This document shows, one piece after another, positions 9,661 through 21,898 of a stretch of 64,000 nt of DNA. Source of the DNA: Candidatus Dormiibacterota bacterium (lineage in GTDB: Bacteria; Chloroflexota; Dormibacteria; Aeolococcales; Bog-877); the NCBI GenBank assembly GCA_027319585.1, contig DAHVMY010000004.1:1427-65426 (forward strand), read 5' to 3'. Under the pieces are notes generated by a model that was given only the letters and a program-made list of their open reading frames with translations, was not told the origin of the DNA and did not search any database. Position numbers and translations under genes: made by a program. Every line of letters begins with the position of its first letter. Within the stretch, counting starts at the first letter, position 1.

Positions 9661-10935
9661 TCAGTCTCGGGCGGCGGCGGTGGCATCGTCCAAGGCGCTC
9701 CTGAAAGCATCCACCAAAAGGTCGATCGCCACCTCGTCGTGCGCCAGCGACAGGAAGCTGGACTCGAACTGGGATGGCGGCCAGAAGACGCCACGGTCGA
9801 GCAACCCCCGGTGCACGCGCGCGAACATCCCCAGGTCCGAGCGGGCCGCGCTGGCAAAGTCCACCACCGGGTCGGCGCTGAAGAAGTAGGTCAGCATGGA
9901 GCCGACACGGTTGACCTGCAACGGAAGGCCGCGCTCGGACCCCGCGCGGCGGAGCCCCGCCTCCAGCCGGGCCCCCAACTCCTCGAGCCTCAGGTAGGGC
10001 CGATCGTCGCTGAGCTGCTCGAGGGCGGCCAGGCCGGCGGCGACCGCCACCGGGCCACCGCTCAGGGTGCCGGCCTGATACACCGGGCCGACCGGAGCCA
10101 GCTGGCGCATCAGCTCCGCTCTACCCCCGAACGCGCCGACCGGCAGGCCCCCGCCGATGACCTTGCCCATGCAGGTGAGGTCGGGCACCACCCCATACAG
10201 AGACTGAGCCCCGCCCCGAGCCAGGCGGAAGCCGGTCATCACCTCGTCGATGATCAGGAGAGCGCCGTGCCGCGCCGTGGCCTTGGACAGGGCCGGCAGG
10301 AACTCCGGGTGGGGTGGGACCACCCCCATGTTTCCGGCCACCGGCTCGACGATCACGGCTGCGATCCGCTCCCCCAGCCGGGCGAAGGTGTCCTCCGCCG
10401 CGCGCGCGTCGTTGTATGGGAGGACCATGGTGTCAGCGACCGTCCGCTCGGGGACCCCCGGGGATCCGGGGATGGCCAGGGTTGCCACCCCCGAGCCGGA
10501 CTCCGCCAGCAGCGCGTCACTGTGCCCGTGGTAACAACCTGCGAACTTCACGATCAGGCTCCGCCCGGTCGCGCCCCGAGCGAGCCGGATCGCACTCATG
10601 GTGGCCTCGGTACCACTGTTCACCAGACGCAGCATCTCCACCGAGGGCATGTACTCGCGGATCCTCTCGGCCAGCTCCACCTCAAGCATGGTCGGCCCGC
10701 CCATGGCCTCCCCCAGGGCCAGCTGCCGCTCGATGGCGCCGACCACGGCCGGGTGCAGATGGCCCAGGATCAGTGGCCCATACGCCAGCACCATGTCGAG
10801 GTAGCGGTTGCCGTCCAGGTCGTACAGGTACGCCCCTTGGGCGCGGGCGAAGAACGGCGGGTCGCCCCCCACCGAACGGAAGGAGCGAACCGGGCTGTTG
10901 ACCCCCCCGGGAAGCACGCGGGCCGCCCTCTCCAT
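9661..10935 (-). CDS. hemL: Glutamate-1-semialdehyde 2,1-aminomutase
   Basis: PGGVNSPVRSF, VNSGTEATM, GCYHGH, DEVMTGFR and MGKVIGGGLP motifs; start approximate. Confidence 0.96.
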   Translation of the reverse strand: MERAARVLPGGVNSPVRSFRSVGGDPPFFARAQGAYLYDLDGNRYLDMVLAYGPLILGHLHPAVVGAIERQLALGEAMGGPTMLEVELAERIREYMPSVEMLRLVNSGTEATMSAIRLARGATGRSLIVKFAGCYHGHSDALLAESGSGVATLAIPGSPGVPERTVADTMVLPYNDARAAEDTFARLGERIAAVIVEPVAGNMGVVPPHPEFLPALSKATARHGALLIIDEVMTGFRLARGGAQSLYGVVPDLTCMGKVIGGGLPVGAFGGRAELMRQLAPVGPVYQAGTLSGGPVAVAAGLAALEQLSDDRPYLRLEELGARLEAGLRRAGSERGLPLQVNRVGSMLTYFFSADPVVDFASAARSDLGMFARVHRGLLDRGVFWPPSQFESSFLSLAHDEVAIDLLVDAFRSALDDATAAARD

Positions 10936-10982
10936 GGCTCTCGCCGAGGCCGCCCGCGGCGACCCGCTGGAGCCGGCAGCGG

Positions 10983-11669
10983 TCAGGGGATCTGCTCCCT
11001 GACCACGATCTCCATCGGATCCCCCTTCTTGACCTTCTGGGCGACGTCGAGCCCGGAGATCACCTGCCCGAACAGGTTGTAGTCGGGTGGAAGGGTGAAC
11101 TTGGAGAGGGTGATGAAGAACTGGCTGCCGTTGGTGTTGGGCCCCGCGTTGGCCATGGCCACAGCTCCCGGCTGGTAGGCCCCGCCGGAGTAGAGGGGGC
11201 TCACCACCTTCTCGCTCTTGAACTGGAAGCCGGGGCCGCCACTGAGGTTGTCGGTGGGGCTGCCCCCCTGGATGACCGGCCCCCCCGGCGAGGTCGAGGG
11301 GTCGCGCGCGAACCGCAGCCCGTCGAAGAAGTGGTTGCGCGCCAGGGTCACGAAGGTGTTGACGGTGATCGGGGCCCAACCCGGGACCAGGCAGACCACG
11401 ATCTTGCCCTGGGGGACGGTGATGGTGGCTTCGTAGAGACGCTGCTCGTCGATCGTCATCGGCGGGACCCGATCGTAGTGATGCCGGTTCTTGGGCTCGT
11501 CGAGCGGACCCAGGGGGGCCCCGAAACTTGCGTTGTCACACATGGACTTGGACACAGGCCGAATCTCCCTTTGGGCGCCGACATTGACGAAGAAGGCGGC
11601 GACTCCGACCAGCAGGACCGCCGCCACCGCGACTCCGATTCCACCCCAGCGGGTGAGCTGGGCGCTCAT
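10983..11669 (-). CDS. Membrane-anchored cyclophilin-type peptidyl-prolyl isomerase
   Basis: N-terminal TM segment; APITVNTF, VIQGGSP, AMANAGPNTNGSQFFI and YNLFGQV motifs; ATGA overlap with hemB. Confidence 0.9.
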   Translation of the reverse strand: MSAQLTRWGGIGVAVAAVLLVGVAAFFVNVGAQREIRPVSKSMCDNASFGAPLGPLDEPKNRHHYDRVPPMTIDEQRLYEATITVPQGKIVVCLVPGWAPITVNTFVTLARNHFFDGLRFARDPSTSPGGPVIQGGSPTDNLSGGPGFQFKSEKVVSPLYSGGAYQPGAVAMANAGPNTNGSQFFITLSKFTLPPDYNLFGQVISGLDVAQKVKKGDPMEIVVREQIP

Positions 11670-12655
11670 CCGAACTCCTCCTTCAGCCAATTGCAGATGT
11701 CGAGGGCAAAGTAGGTCAGTATGAAGTCAGCGCCGGCGCGGCGCATCCCCAGGTGGGACTCGAGCACCGCGGCGCGCAGGTCGAAGGCGCCGGCGCGCGC
11801 CGCCGCCACCATCATGGCGTACTCGCCGCTCACGCTGTAGCAGCCGATGGGAAGCTCAAATCGGTCACGGGCCTCGCGGACGATGTCGAGGTACGCGAGC
11901 GCCGGCTTGACCATGAGCATGTCCGCGCCCTCCAGCAGGTCCAGCTCGAGCTCGCGCATCGCCTCCCGGCGGTTGGGCGGGTCCATCTGATAACCGCGGC
12001 GATCCCCGAACTGGGGGGCGCAGTCGGCGGCGTCCCGGAAGGGGCCGTAGAAGCACGACGCGAACTTGGCCGAGTAGGCAAGGATGGCGGTGTCGGCCCT
12101 TCCCGCCTCGTCGAGGGCGGCCCGGATCGCCTCCACCTGGCCATCCATCATGCCCGAGGGGGCAATCACGTCCGCCCCCGCCTCCGCCTGGCTCACCGCG
12201 ATCCGGCCATAGAGCTCGATGGTCGAGTCGTTGTCCACCTCACCCCGTTGGTTCAGGAGCCCGCAGTGGCCATGGTCGGTGTACTCGTCCAGGCAGTCGT
12301 CCGCCAGCAGCAGCAGCCGGTCACCGACCTCGCCGCGCAGGCGACGAAGCGCCTGCTGGACGATGCCCTGCTCGTCCCAGGCGGAACTCCCGCGGGCGTC
12401 CTTGCGAGCCGGGACCCCGAACAGGATCAATCCACCCACGCCCAGCTCGGCCGCGCGCTCCGCCTGCTGCGCCAGGCTGTCCAGGGTCTCCTGGGAGACC
12501 CCGGGCATGGTCTTGATCGGAGCCGGCTCGGACAGGCCTTCGGCGACAAAGCAGGGCAGGATCAGGTCGCCGGGTTGCAGGTTCACCTCCCGGACCAGCC
12601 GGCGCAGCGAGGAGGTGCGGCGCAGGCGCCGCGGGCGGTCTTCGGGATAGCTCAT
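11666..12655 (-). CDS. hemB: Porphobilinogen synthase (Zn-dependent type)
   Basis: DDCLDEYTDHGHCG, APSGMMDG, MVKPALAYLD and GADFILTY motifs. Confidence 0.97.
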   Translation of the reverse strand: MSYPEDRPRRLRRTSSLRRLVREVNLQPGDLILPCFVAEGLSEPAPIKTMPGVSQETLDSLAQQAERAAELGVGGLILFGVPARKDARGSSAWDEQGIVQQALRRLRGEVGDRLLLLADDCLDEYTDHGHCGLLNQRGEVDNDSTIELYGRIAVSQAEAGADVIAPSGMMDGQVEAIRAALDEAGRADTAILAYSAKFASCFYGPFRDAADCAPQFGDRRGYQMDPPNRREAMRELELDLLEGADMLMVKPALAYLDIVREARDRFELPIGCYSVSGEYAMMVAAARAGAFDLRAAVLESHLGMRRAGADFILTYFALDICNWLKEEFG

Positions 12656-13434
12656 GGCTGCCCCTCATTCTCGGGCAATGCGGCATACCAGGATCGCAGG
12701 GCGTCGACCAGCCCGGGAAGGCTGTGAGTCTGAGCCACCACCTGGGGCGCCATCCCATGGCGGCGCGCCTCCTCCGCCGTGACCGGCCCGAGTGCCGCCA
12801 ACACGCACTCCGGCGCCGGTCGCAGCGGACCCGCCAGGGCCGCGAAGCAGCGCACGGTGCTGCCGCTGGTGAAGGTCACGCAGTCGATCCCCCGGCCCCG
12901 GAGCAGCTCGGTCAGCGCCTCCTGAGAGGCCCACTCCGGGACCATCTCGTAGAGTTCCGCCACCTCCACCAGGGCGCCCATCTGCTCAAGAAGGCGCGGG
13001 AGCACATCCCTGGCTCCCCGGGCGCGGGGGATCAGGATGCGCCGGCCCGAGACCCCCGCCTGCGAGATTCGCTCCACCAGAGACTCCGCGATGAACCCGG
13101 CCGGCAATGTCTCCACCGCCAAGCCGGCTCGCTCCAGAGCCGCGGCGGTCCCGGGGCCGATGGCGTAGACCCGTGGTCCGGCCGGCGCCGCGGCGCCCCC
13201 GCCCCACAGACAGTCCACGGCATTGGCGCTGGTGAAGACCAGATCGTCGAATTCCTCGGCGCCGATACGCGCCAGCAGCGCCTCCCGGGTGGCGGCGTCC
13301 ATGAGATCCTGGCGGCGGATCACCGGAACCCCGATTGGCGACGCCCCTTCGGCCGAAAGCATCTCGCCGAGTACCGGAGCCTGGCCGGCGGCGCGGGTCA
13401 CCAGGACGCGCCGGCCCTCCAGGGGAGAGCTCAC
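12652..13434 (-). CDS. hemD: Uroporphyrinogen-III synthase
   Basis: VLVTRA, VFTSANAV, AIGPGT and FTSGSTV motifs; position in the hem operon. Confidence 0.92.
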   Translation of the reverse strand: MSSPLEGRRVLVTRAAGQAPVLGEMLSAEGASPIGVPVIRRQDLMDAATREALLARIGAEEFDDLVFTSANAVDCLWGGGAAAPAGPRVYAIGPGTAAALERAGLAVETLPAGFIAESLVERISQAGVSGRRILIPRARGARDVLPRLLEQMGALVEVAELYEMVPEWASQEALTELLRGRGIDCVTFTSGSTVRCFAALAGPLRPAPECVLAALGPVTAEEARRHGMAPQVVAQTHSLPGLVDALRSWYAALPENEGQP

Positions 13435-14318
13435 GCGGGCTGGGCCAGGGCGTGAGCGATCCCACGCGCCGCCTCCCTCAGGGCGTCGGGGGCAGCGACC
13501 AGAGACCGGCGCAGCAGGTCGTGACCGGTTCCGGTGGCAGACCAGGCCACAGTGAGGCGATAGCTGCCATCACCGGACGCCTCCGCCAAAACCCCCAGGG
13601 GAAGCCGGCAGCCACCGCCCATCTGCAGCAGCGCCTCCCGCTCCGCCTCCACGCAGAGGCGGGTGTCGCGGTGGTCGATGTGGGCCACCAGCTCCGCCAA
13701 GGCACCGCCGCGAGGGACCTGGACCGCAATCGCGCCCTGGGCCGGCGCCGGAGTGCACTCGGTGCGCGGGTCCAACGGCTGTCCTTCACGCCCCCGGCCC
13801 AGTCTGAGCAGGCCCGCCTGGGCCACCACGATCGCCTCCAGCTCCGCATCTCCCATCCGTCGTATCCGGGTGTCCACGTTGCCGCGCACCGGGGTGGGGA
13901 TCAGGTCAGGCCGCAGGGCCACGAGCTGCGCCCCCCGCCGGGGCGACGAGGTGCCGATGCGCGAACCCGCGGGCAGCTCGGTCCAGGAGCAACCCGAACG
14001 CGTGACGATGCAGTCGCGCGGGTCCTCCCGCTTTAGGTACGCGCCCACCTCGAGCTCAGGGGACATCGTGGTCGGCAGGTCCTTGGCGCTGTGCACGGCC
14101 GCATCCACCTCACCTTGCAGCAGCGCTCGCTCCAGCCGCGACGAGAACCAGCCCTGGCCGGGCAGGTCGGGGACCGCCTGGTCCGGGTTGAGATCACCGT
14201 CGGAGTCGATCACGCAGAGTTCGATCTCCAGCCCCGGCGCCAGAGCCCGCAGCTGCTGCAGCGCCAACCTCGCCTGCGCCAACGCCAGGGCGCTACCTCT
14301 GGTGGCGAGCCGCCTCAA
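13431..14318 (-). CDS. hemC: Hydroxymethylbilane synthase
   Basis: TRGSALALAQ, AVHSAKDLP, GTSSPRR, RGNVDTR and GGCRLP motifs. Confidence 0.96.
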   Translation of the reverse strand: MRRLATRGSALALAQARLALQQLRALAPGLEIELCVIDSDGDLNPDQAVPDLPGQGWFSSRLERALLQGEVDAAVHSAKDLPTTMSPELEVGAYLKREDPRDCIVTRSGCSWTELPAGSRIGTSSPRRGAQLVALRPDLIPTPVRGNVDTRIRRMGDAELEAIVVAQAGLLRLGRGREGQPLDPRTECTPAPAQGAIAVQVPRGGALAELVAHIDHRDTRLCVEAEREALLQMGGGCRLPLGVLAEASGDGSYRLTVAWSATGTGHDLLRRSLVAAPDALREAARGIAHALAQPA

Positions 14319-15586
14319 ACGTCCTCCCGGGCGCCATCCACCGTGAGCCCGAACGCCTCCTGCACAACCCGGCGACGGTCCTCGTCGTCACCGTGCTGGC
14401 GCAGGAAGGAGATCGGCTGGTGCATCAACTTGGCGGCCAGCGCCTGGGTGAGGTGCTCCAGCTGCGCCCGCTCAGCCTCGTTGAGGCTCCGCATCCGGGA
14501 GATCGCCCGCCGCAGCTCCCCCTGGCGCACCTCCTCAGCCCGATCCACCAGCGCCGCGATCACTGGGCCGGCTCCGCGACCCCGGAGCTCCGCCACCAGG
14601 GCGGAGACGGCGGTGTCGACCGCCTGCTCCGCCCGGGGCCGGTGCCCCTCGCGGAAGCCGAGATTTCGGCTGATCACGTCGCCCAGATGGTCGATATCCA
14701 GCAGCTCCACTCCCGGAACGGATGCCGCCTCTGGTTCCACGTCCCGGGGCACCGCCAGATCCAGGATCAGCAGCTCGCTGGCACTCCCCTGCGTGGCCCT
14801 GATGGCGGCAACCTCAGCGGCGCGCACCACCCGCTCCTCGCTGGTGGTGCTGCAGATGAGCACCCGGAAGCGCGGCGCCATCTCCACCAGCTGGGATTTC
14901 TCGATCAACTCGCCGCCGACCGCAGCAGCGAGGGCGCTCGCCCGCGGCCCCCGCCGGACCACCAGCACCGGGGACGCGCCCCGGCCGAGCAGCGAACGGG
15001 CCGCTGCCCCACCCACGCTGCCCCCACCCAGGATCGCGACCCCGACGCCGTGGAGCGAACCCAGGCGCGCCTCCGCGAGCTCAGCGGCGACCTGACCAAA
15101 CCCCACCGCCTGGCGGGAGATGCCGGTGGTGCTTCGCACCAGCTTGGCGGTCTCCACGGCCCGCCGCATGATGAGATCCAGGTCACCGTCGAGGGTCCCC
15201 GCCTCCTGGGCCAGGCGATGGGCCCGCTTGAACTGCGCGAGCACCTGCGCCTCGCCGAGGATCATGCTGTCCAAGCCGCTGGCCACCCGGAAAAGATGGC
15301 GGAGGCCGGCCTCCCCGGAATGGCTGAAAATCAGGTCGGCAAACTCCGGTCCCTTCGCGAGGTAGTGGTAAAAGCGGGACGTCGCCATCTGGGAACTGCG
15401 GTCGTCCGCAACCGAAAGATAGAACTCGGTGCGGTTGCAGGTGCTGAGGCACGCGGCTCCGCTCAACCCCGCGTGAGCTACGATGGCCCGGAGCGCGTCG
15501 ACCACCTGACGCTCGTCCAGGTGCAGCTGCTCACGGACCGGTAACGGGGCCAGATGATGGCTGATACCGGTGGCGAGGAATGGCAA
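14315..15586 (-). CDS. hemA: Glutamyl-tRNA reductase
   Basis: STCNRTE, SGLDSMILGEAQV and DLAVPRDVE motifs; TTG start with TATACT 10 nt upstream. Confidence 0.95.
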   Translation of the reverse strand: MPFLATGISHHLAPLPVREQLHLDERQVVDALRAIVAHAGLSGAACLSTCNRTEFYLSVADDRSSQMATSRFYHYLAKGPEFADLIFSHSGEAGLRHLFRVASGLDSMILGEAQVLAQFKRAHRLAQEAGTLDGDLDLIMRRAVETAKLVRSTTGISRQAVGFGQVAAELAEARLGSLHGVGVAILGGGSVGGAAARSLLGRGASPVLVVRRGPRASALAAAVGGELIEKSQLVEMAPRFRVLICSTTSEERVVRAAEVAAIRATQGSASELLILDLAVPRDVEPEAASVPGVELLDIDHLGDVISRNLGFREGHRPRAEQAVDTAVSALVAELRGRGAGPVIAALVDRAEEVRQGELRRAISRMRSLNEAERAQLEHLTQALAAKLMHQPISFLRQHGDDEDRRRVVQEAFGLTVDGAREDV

Positions 15587-15854
15587 TCTGAACTTGAGTA
15601 TATCCGCCCCGGTCGCGGGCTCCAGCCCGCAAGGTCGGGCTCAGAGGTTAGGATTGGAGCTCGTGCAGTCCCCCAGCCAAGAGCGCGCCCACATTGAGGA
15701 TGCGGAGCCGGTTTCCCCCCAGGCCCGGGCCGAGTCCAGAGGGCGGGTGCGGTGGGGACGCGAGCGCGGCCCCGGCGCCCCCGGGGACGGCTTCCTGGCC
15801 CGGCTCGGGCCGCTGACGCCAGAGCTGGCGTCTTATCACAACTCACTCTCTTTG

Positions 15855-16634
15855 GTGGATGGGCGGGACGGCGGGCTGGAGGAGTTCAGACCCGCGCGAC
15901 TGCCACTGGAGACACCGCTGGAGAGCCTGACCTTTGTGGCCCTGGACTGCGAGACGACCGGCCACTTCCCCGACCGCATGGTCGAACTGGGAGCGGTCAG
16001 GTACCAGCTCCCCATCTCCGACCGGCCGCCGGCGCCCCGGCTGCTGCTGGAGACTCTGGTCCACACCACCGACCACATCAACCCCTATGCCCGGCGGGTC
16101 CACGGCATCACCCGTTCGATGCTGACCGGGGCCCCATCCCAGCATCGGGTCGCGCTCACCTTCCGGGACTTCTCCAAGGGGGCGATCCTGGTGGAGCACA
16201 GCGCCGACAGCTTCGACACCCGGCTCGTCTCCAAGGCCATGGACAGGCCGCTGCCGCACTACCACCTGGACACCTCGCGGATGGCCGGTTTTCTCTTCCA
16301 GCTGAGAGACACGATCGGGCTGGAGCGCCTGTGCGAGCGCCTGGGGGTGACCCACCGCCAGCCCCATTTCGCGCTGGCCGACGCCGAGGCCACCGCCGAC
16401 TGCTTCTGTCGCCTGGTCGAGCTGGGGCAGCAGGAGCACGGCTGGAGGACGCTGGGTGACCTGGTGGCGGTGGGGATGCCTCCGAGTCCGAGGCCCCAGG
16501 TGAGCCCAGGTCACAAGGATGGCCTTCCGCAGACCCCGAGCACCGCCCGGCGGAGGCGCCACCGGGCGGGACGGCGTCACCGCTCGCCGGCGGCCCATGA
16601 GGCTCCCCCGGGGGTGCCAGCTCCTCCGGCCTGA
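15855..16634 (+). CDS. DEDDh 3'-5' exonuclease (DnaQ-like)
   Basis: ALDCETTG, EHSADSFD, LDT and HFALADAEAT motifs; start uncertain (GTG 15855 chosen); Arg-rich tail. Confidence 0.85.
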   Translation: MDGRDGGLEEFRPARLPLETPLESLTFVALDCETTGHFPDRMVELGAVRYQLPISDRPPAPRLLLETLVHTTDHINPYARRVHGITRSMLTGAPSQHRVALTFRDFSKGAILVEHSADSFDTRLVSKAMDRPLPHYHLDTSRMAGFLFQLRDTIGLERLCERLGVTHRQPHFALADAEATADCFCRLVELGQQEHGWRTLGDLVAVGMPPSPRPQVSPGHKDGLPQTPSTARRRRHRAGRRHRSPAAHEAPPGVPAPPA

Positions 16635-16657
16635 AACCCCCTGAGGGCCGGCCGATG

Positions 16658-17743
16658 TCAGGCTGGCTCGCCGGCCAGCCGCCTGGCCTGGTCCTCCTGC
16701 CGCAGCGGGGAGATCAGCAACTCCAGCTCGCCATCCATGACCCGCTGGAGTTGGTAGACCTTGAGGTCGATGCGATGATCGGTCACCCGGTTCTCCGGAT
16801 AGTTGTAGGTGCGAACCTTCTCACTGCGGTCGCCCCGACCCACCATGGAACGCCTGGTCTCCTGGAGGGCCTGGTCGCGCTCCGCCCGCATCCGATCGTA
16901 GAGCCGGGAGCGCAGCACCCGCATCGCCTTGGCCCGATTCTTGTGCTGGGACTTCTCGTCCTGACACGTCACCACCAGCCCGGTCGGTAGATGGGTGATC
17001 CGGACCGCCGAGTCGGTGGTGTTCACGCTCTGTCCGCCGGGTCCGGTGGACCGGTAGACGTCGACCTTGATGTCCTCATCCTTGATCTCGACGTCGACGT
17101 CCTCAACCTCGGGCAGCACCACCACGCTGGCGGCGGAAGTGTGAATGCGCCCCTGCGACTCGGTGCGCGGCACCCGCTGGACCCGGTGCACGCCTGACTC
17201 AAACTTGAGCTGGCCGTAGGCCCCTCTCCCATGGACCTCGAGGACCACCTCCTTGAAGCCTCCGGAGTCGGTCGGGGAGCCGTCGAGCAGCTCGACGTGC
17301 CAATGCTGCCGCTCGGCGAAGTGAAGGTACATCCGCATCAAATCGGCCGCAAACAGTGCCGCCTCCTCGCCACCCGTGCCGGCGCGGATCTCGATTACGG
17401 CGTCGCGGTCCTCATCCGGGTCGCGGGGGAGGAGGAGGAGCTGAAGCTCGTGCAAGAGGCGTGTCTGGCGCTCGTGCTCCCGGCGCGCCTCCTGCTCCAG
17501 ATACGCGCGCATGTCCGAGTCCACCTCGGAGCTGGCCAGGCTGGCGGCTTCGGCATAGGCACGGTCCGCCGCCTCCGCCGCCGAGAGCAGGTCCACCACC
17601 GGGCGCAGCTGCGCCTGCTCGCGACTGAGCGCCTCCAGCCGCCCAGGGTCGAACGCCAGGCTGGGGTCCTCCAACTCCGAGGAGATCGCCCGGTAGCGTT
17701 CCTGCACGTGCCCCAGACGCTCCTGCAGGGCTGCGGGAATCAA
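16658..17743 (-). CDS. prfA: Peptide chain release factor 1
   Basis: GPGGQ motif, PxT anticodon motif (VPRTES), [14 protein letters not shown] and RTYNYP. Confidence 0.97.
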   Translation of the reverse strand: MIPAALQERLGHVQERYRAISSELEDPSLAFDPGRLEALSREQAQLRPVVDLLSAAEAADRAYAEAASLASSEVDSDMRAYLEQEARREHERQTRLLHELQLLLLPRDPDEDRDAVIEIRAGTGGEEAALFAADLMRMYLHFAERQHWHVELLDGSPTDSGGFKEVVLEVHGRGAYGQLKFESGVHRVQRVPRTESQGRIHTSAASVVVLPEVEDVDVEIKDEDIKVDVYRSTGPGGQSVNTTDSAVRITHLPTGLVVTCQDEKSQHKNRAKAMRVLRSRLYDRMRAERDQALQETRRSMVGRGDRSEKVRTYNYPENRVTDHRIDLKVYQLQRVMDGELELLISPLRQEDQARRLAGEPA

Positions 17744-17789
17744 ACGATTGGGCCGGGCCCGTCACCCTGGCCCGGCGGCCGCCCAGCGC

Positions 17790-17999
17790 CTACTGCTGAG
17801 CCCGCTGAGCACGGCGACGGAAACGCTCCACCTGCCCACCGGTGTCCACGATCCGCTGCTGACCGGTGAAGAAGGGATGGCAGACACTGCACACCTCCGT
17901 GCGGATGGTCTGCTGGGTCGATCCGGTGGTGAAGGTGTTGCCGCAAGAGCAGGTGACCACGGCGTCGTGGAAGTACTCGGGGTGAATGGCAGCTTTCAT
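17790..17999 (-). CDS. rpmE: 50S ribosomal protein L31 (Zn-binding type A)
   Basis: [22 protein letters not shown] and GQVERF motifs. Confidence 0.97.
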   Translation of the reverse strand: MKAAIHPEYFHDAVVTCSCGNTFTTGSTQQTIRTEVCSVCHPFFTGQQRIVDTGGQVERFRRRAQRAQQ

Positions 18000-18058
18000 G
18001 ATCTGATCTCAGTCTACCAGAGCCCGAAAGGTATCTCGCCGGCACCCGCTTCCCAAGC

Positions 18059-18230
18059 GTGCGCGGTCGCAGCGACTGATCGGATGGGCGCCATGGCATG
18101 GCCCAGAGAACCATCCCAATGGAGCGTCGACGGGCGCAACTGGTAATCTCTCGCGTTCACGCTCCCGGTCGGATCCAAGGCGTTGCTGACCTGGGACCGT
18201 GCTCTCTTGGTGGCTCAAAGAGTCGCGCAC
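18059..18230 (-). ncRNA. Candidate structured ncRNA (long rod with central bubble; 6S/Ms1-like architecture)
   Basis: Nested complementary arms 18059-18065/18224-18230, 18096-18106/18191-18202 and 18121-18127/18159-18165 fill the intergenic gap; no convincing ORF; strand tentative. Confidence 0.35.
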
Positions 18231-18240
18231 CCACGGCCGC

Positions 18241-21221
<2,981 letters not shown>

Positions 21222-21235
21222 CTAACACTTCGGGC

Positions 21236-21832
21236 TCAGCGGCGCGGCTCCAGAATCACGACCCGGGTTTCCTCGGCACTGCCAGATGACCCTGAGAGGG
21301 TGACCTTGGCCTGCGGGACCACCTGGGTCAGCCCCATCTCCCGCACGAAGGCGGCCAGCTCGCCGGGCGCAGCGTCGAGGGCGGACTGATATCCGGTCGG
21401 GATCATCACCGCGGGTTGGACCTGGGCGATCAGCTGCGCCACCACCTGGGCGCGCGCGGGAGTGCCGCCCCGAAGGCCCACACCCATGACATCGATGAAC
21501 CCCAGCTGCTCCACGGCCTCGTCCGAGAGGGTGACGTCCAGGTCGCCCAGACTGCAGACGGTGACCTCCTCGAGCTCGGCAACGAAGATCGTGACGCTCC
21601 CGAGCTGAAGGCCGCGGACGCTGATGCCCCGGAGCTCGTACTCACCCGGCCGAACCACCACCTGAGGGCCCGAGTCCGGGCGCAGGAGGTTCTCCTCGGC
21701 GGGTCCCCCCACCACCAGGTCGGCGCCGGTGCGCGCCACGGTCTGGAGATACTGCTCACCCGGACCCAGCAGCACCTTGGCCTCCCGGCCCCTCAGCAAG
21801 AGGCTGTCATCGCCCAACCAGGTTATTTCCAA
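21236..21832 (-). CDS. Metallo-beta-lactamase-fold-like protein with degenerate metal ligands
   Basis: MEITWLG, PGEYE.RG, LGDL and QPAVMIP resemble small MBL-fold proteins, but no His-rich metal motif is present. Confidence 0.6.
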   Translation of the reverse strand: MEITWLGDDSLLLRGREAKVLLGPGEQYLQTVARTGADLVVGGPAEENLLRPDSGPQVVVRPGEYELRGISVRGLQLGSVTIFVAELEEVTVCSLGDLDVTLSDEAVEQLGFIDVMGVGLRGGTPARAQVVAQLIAQVQPAVMIPTGYQSALDAAPGELAAFVREMGLTQVVPQAKVTLSGSSGSAEETRVVILEPRR

Positions 21833-21898
21833 GCGCCTACCTCCCAGGGAGCCAATCCAACGCGCACCTTCCGGGTTGGCCCGCCCGGAGCGTTGGAC

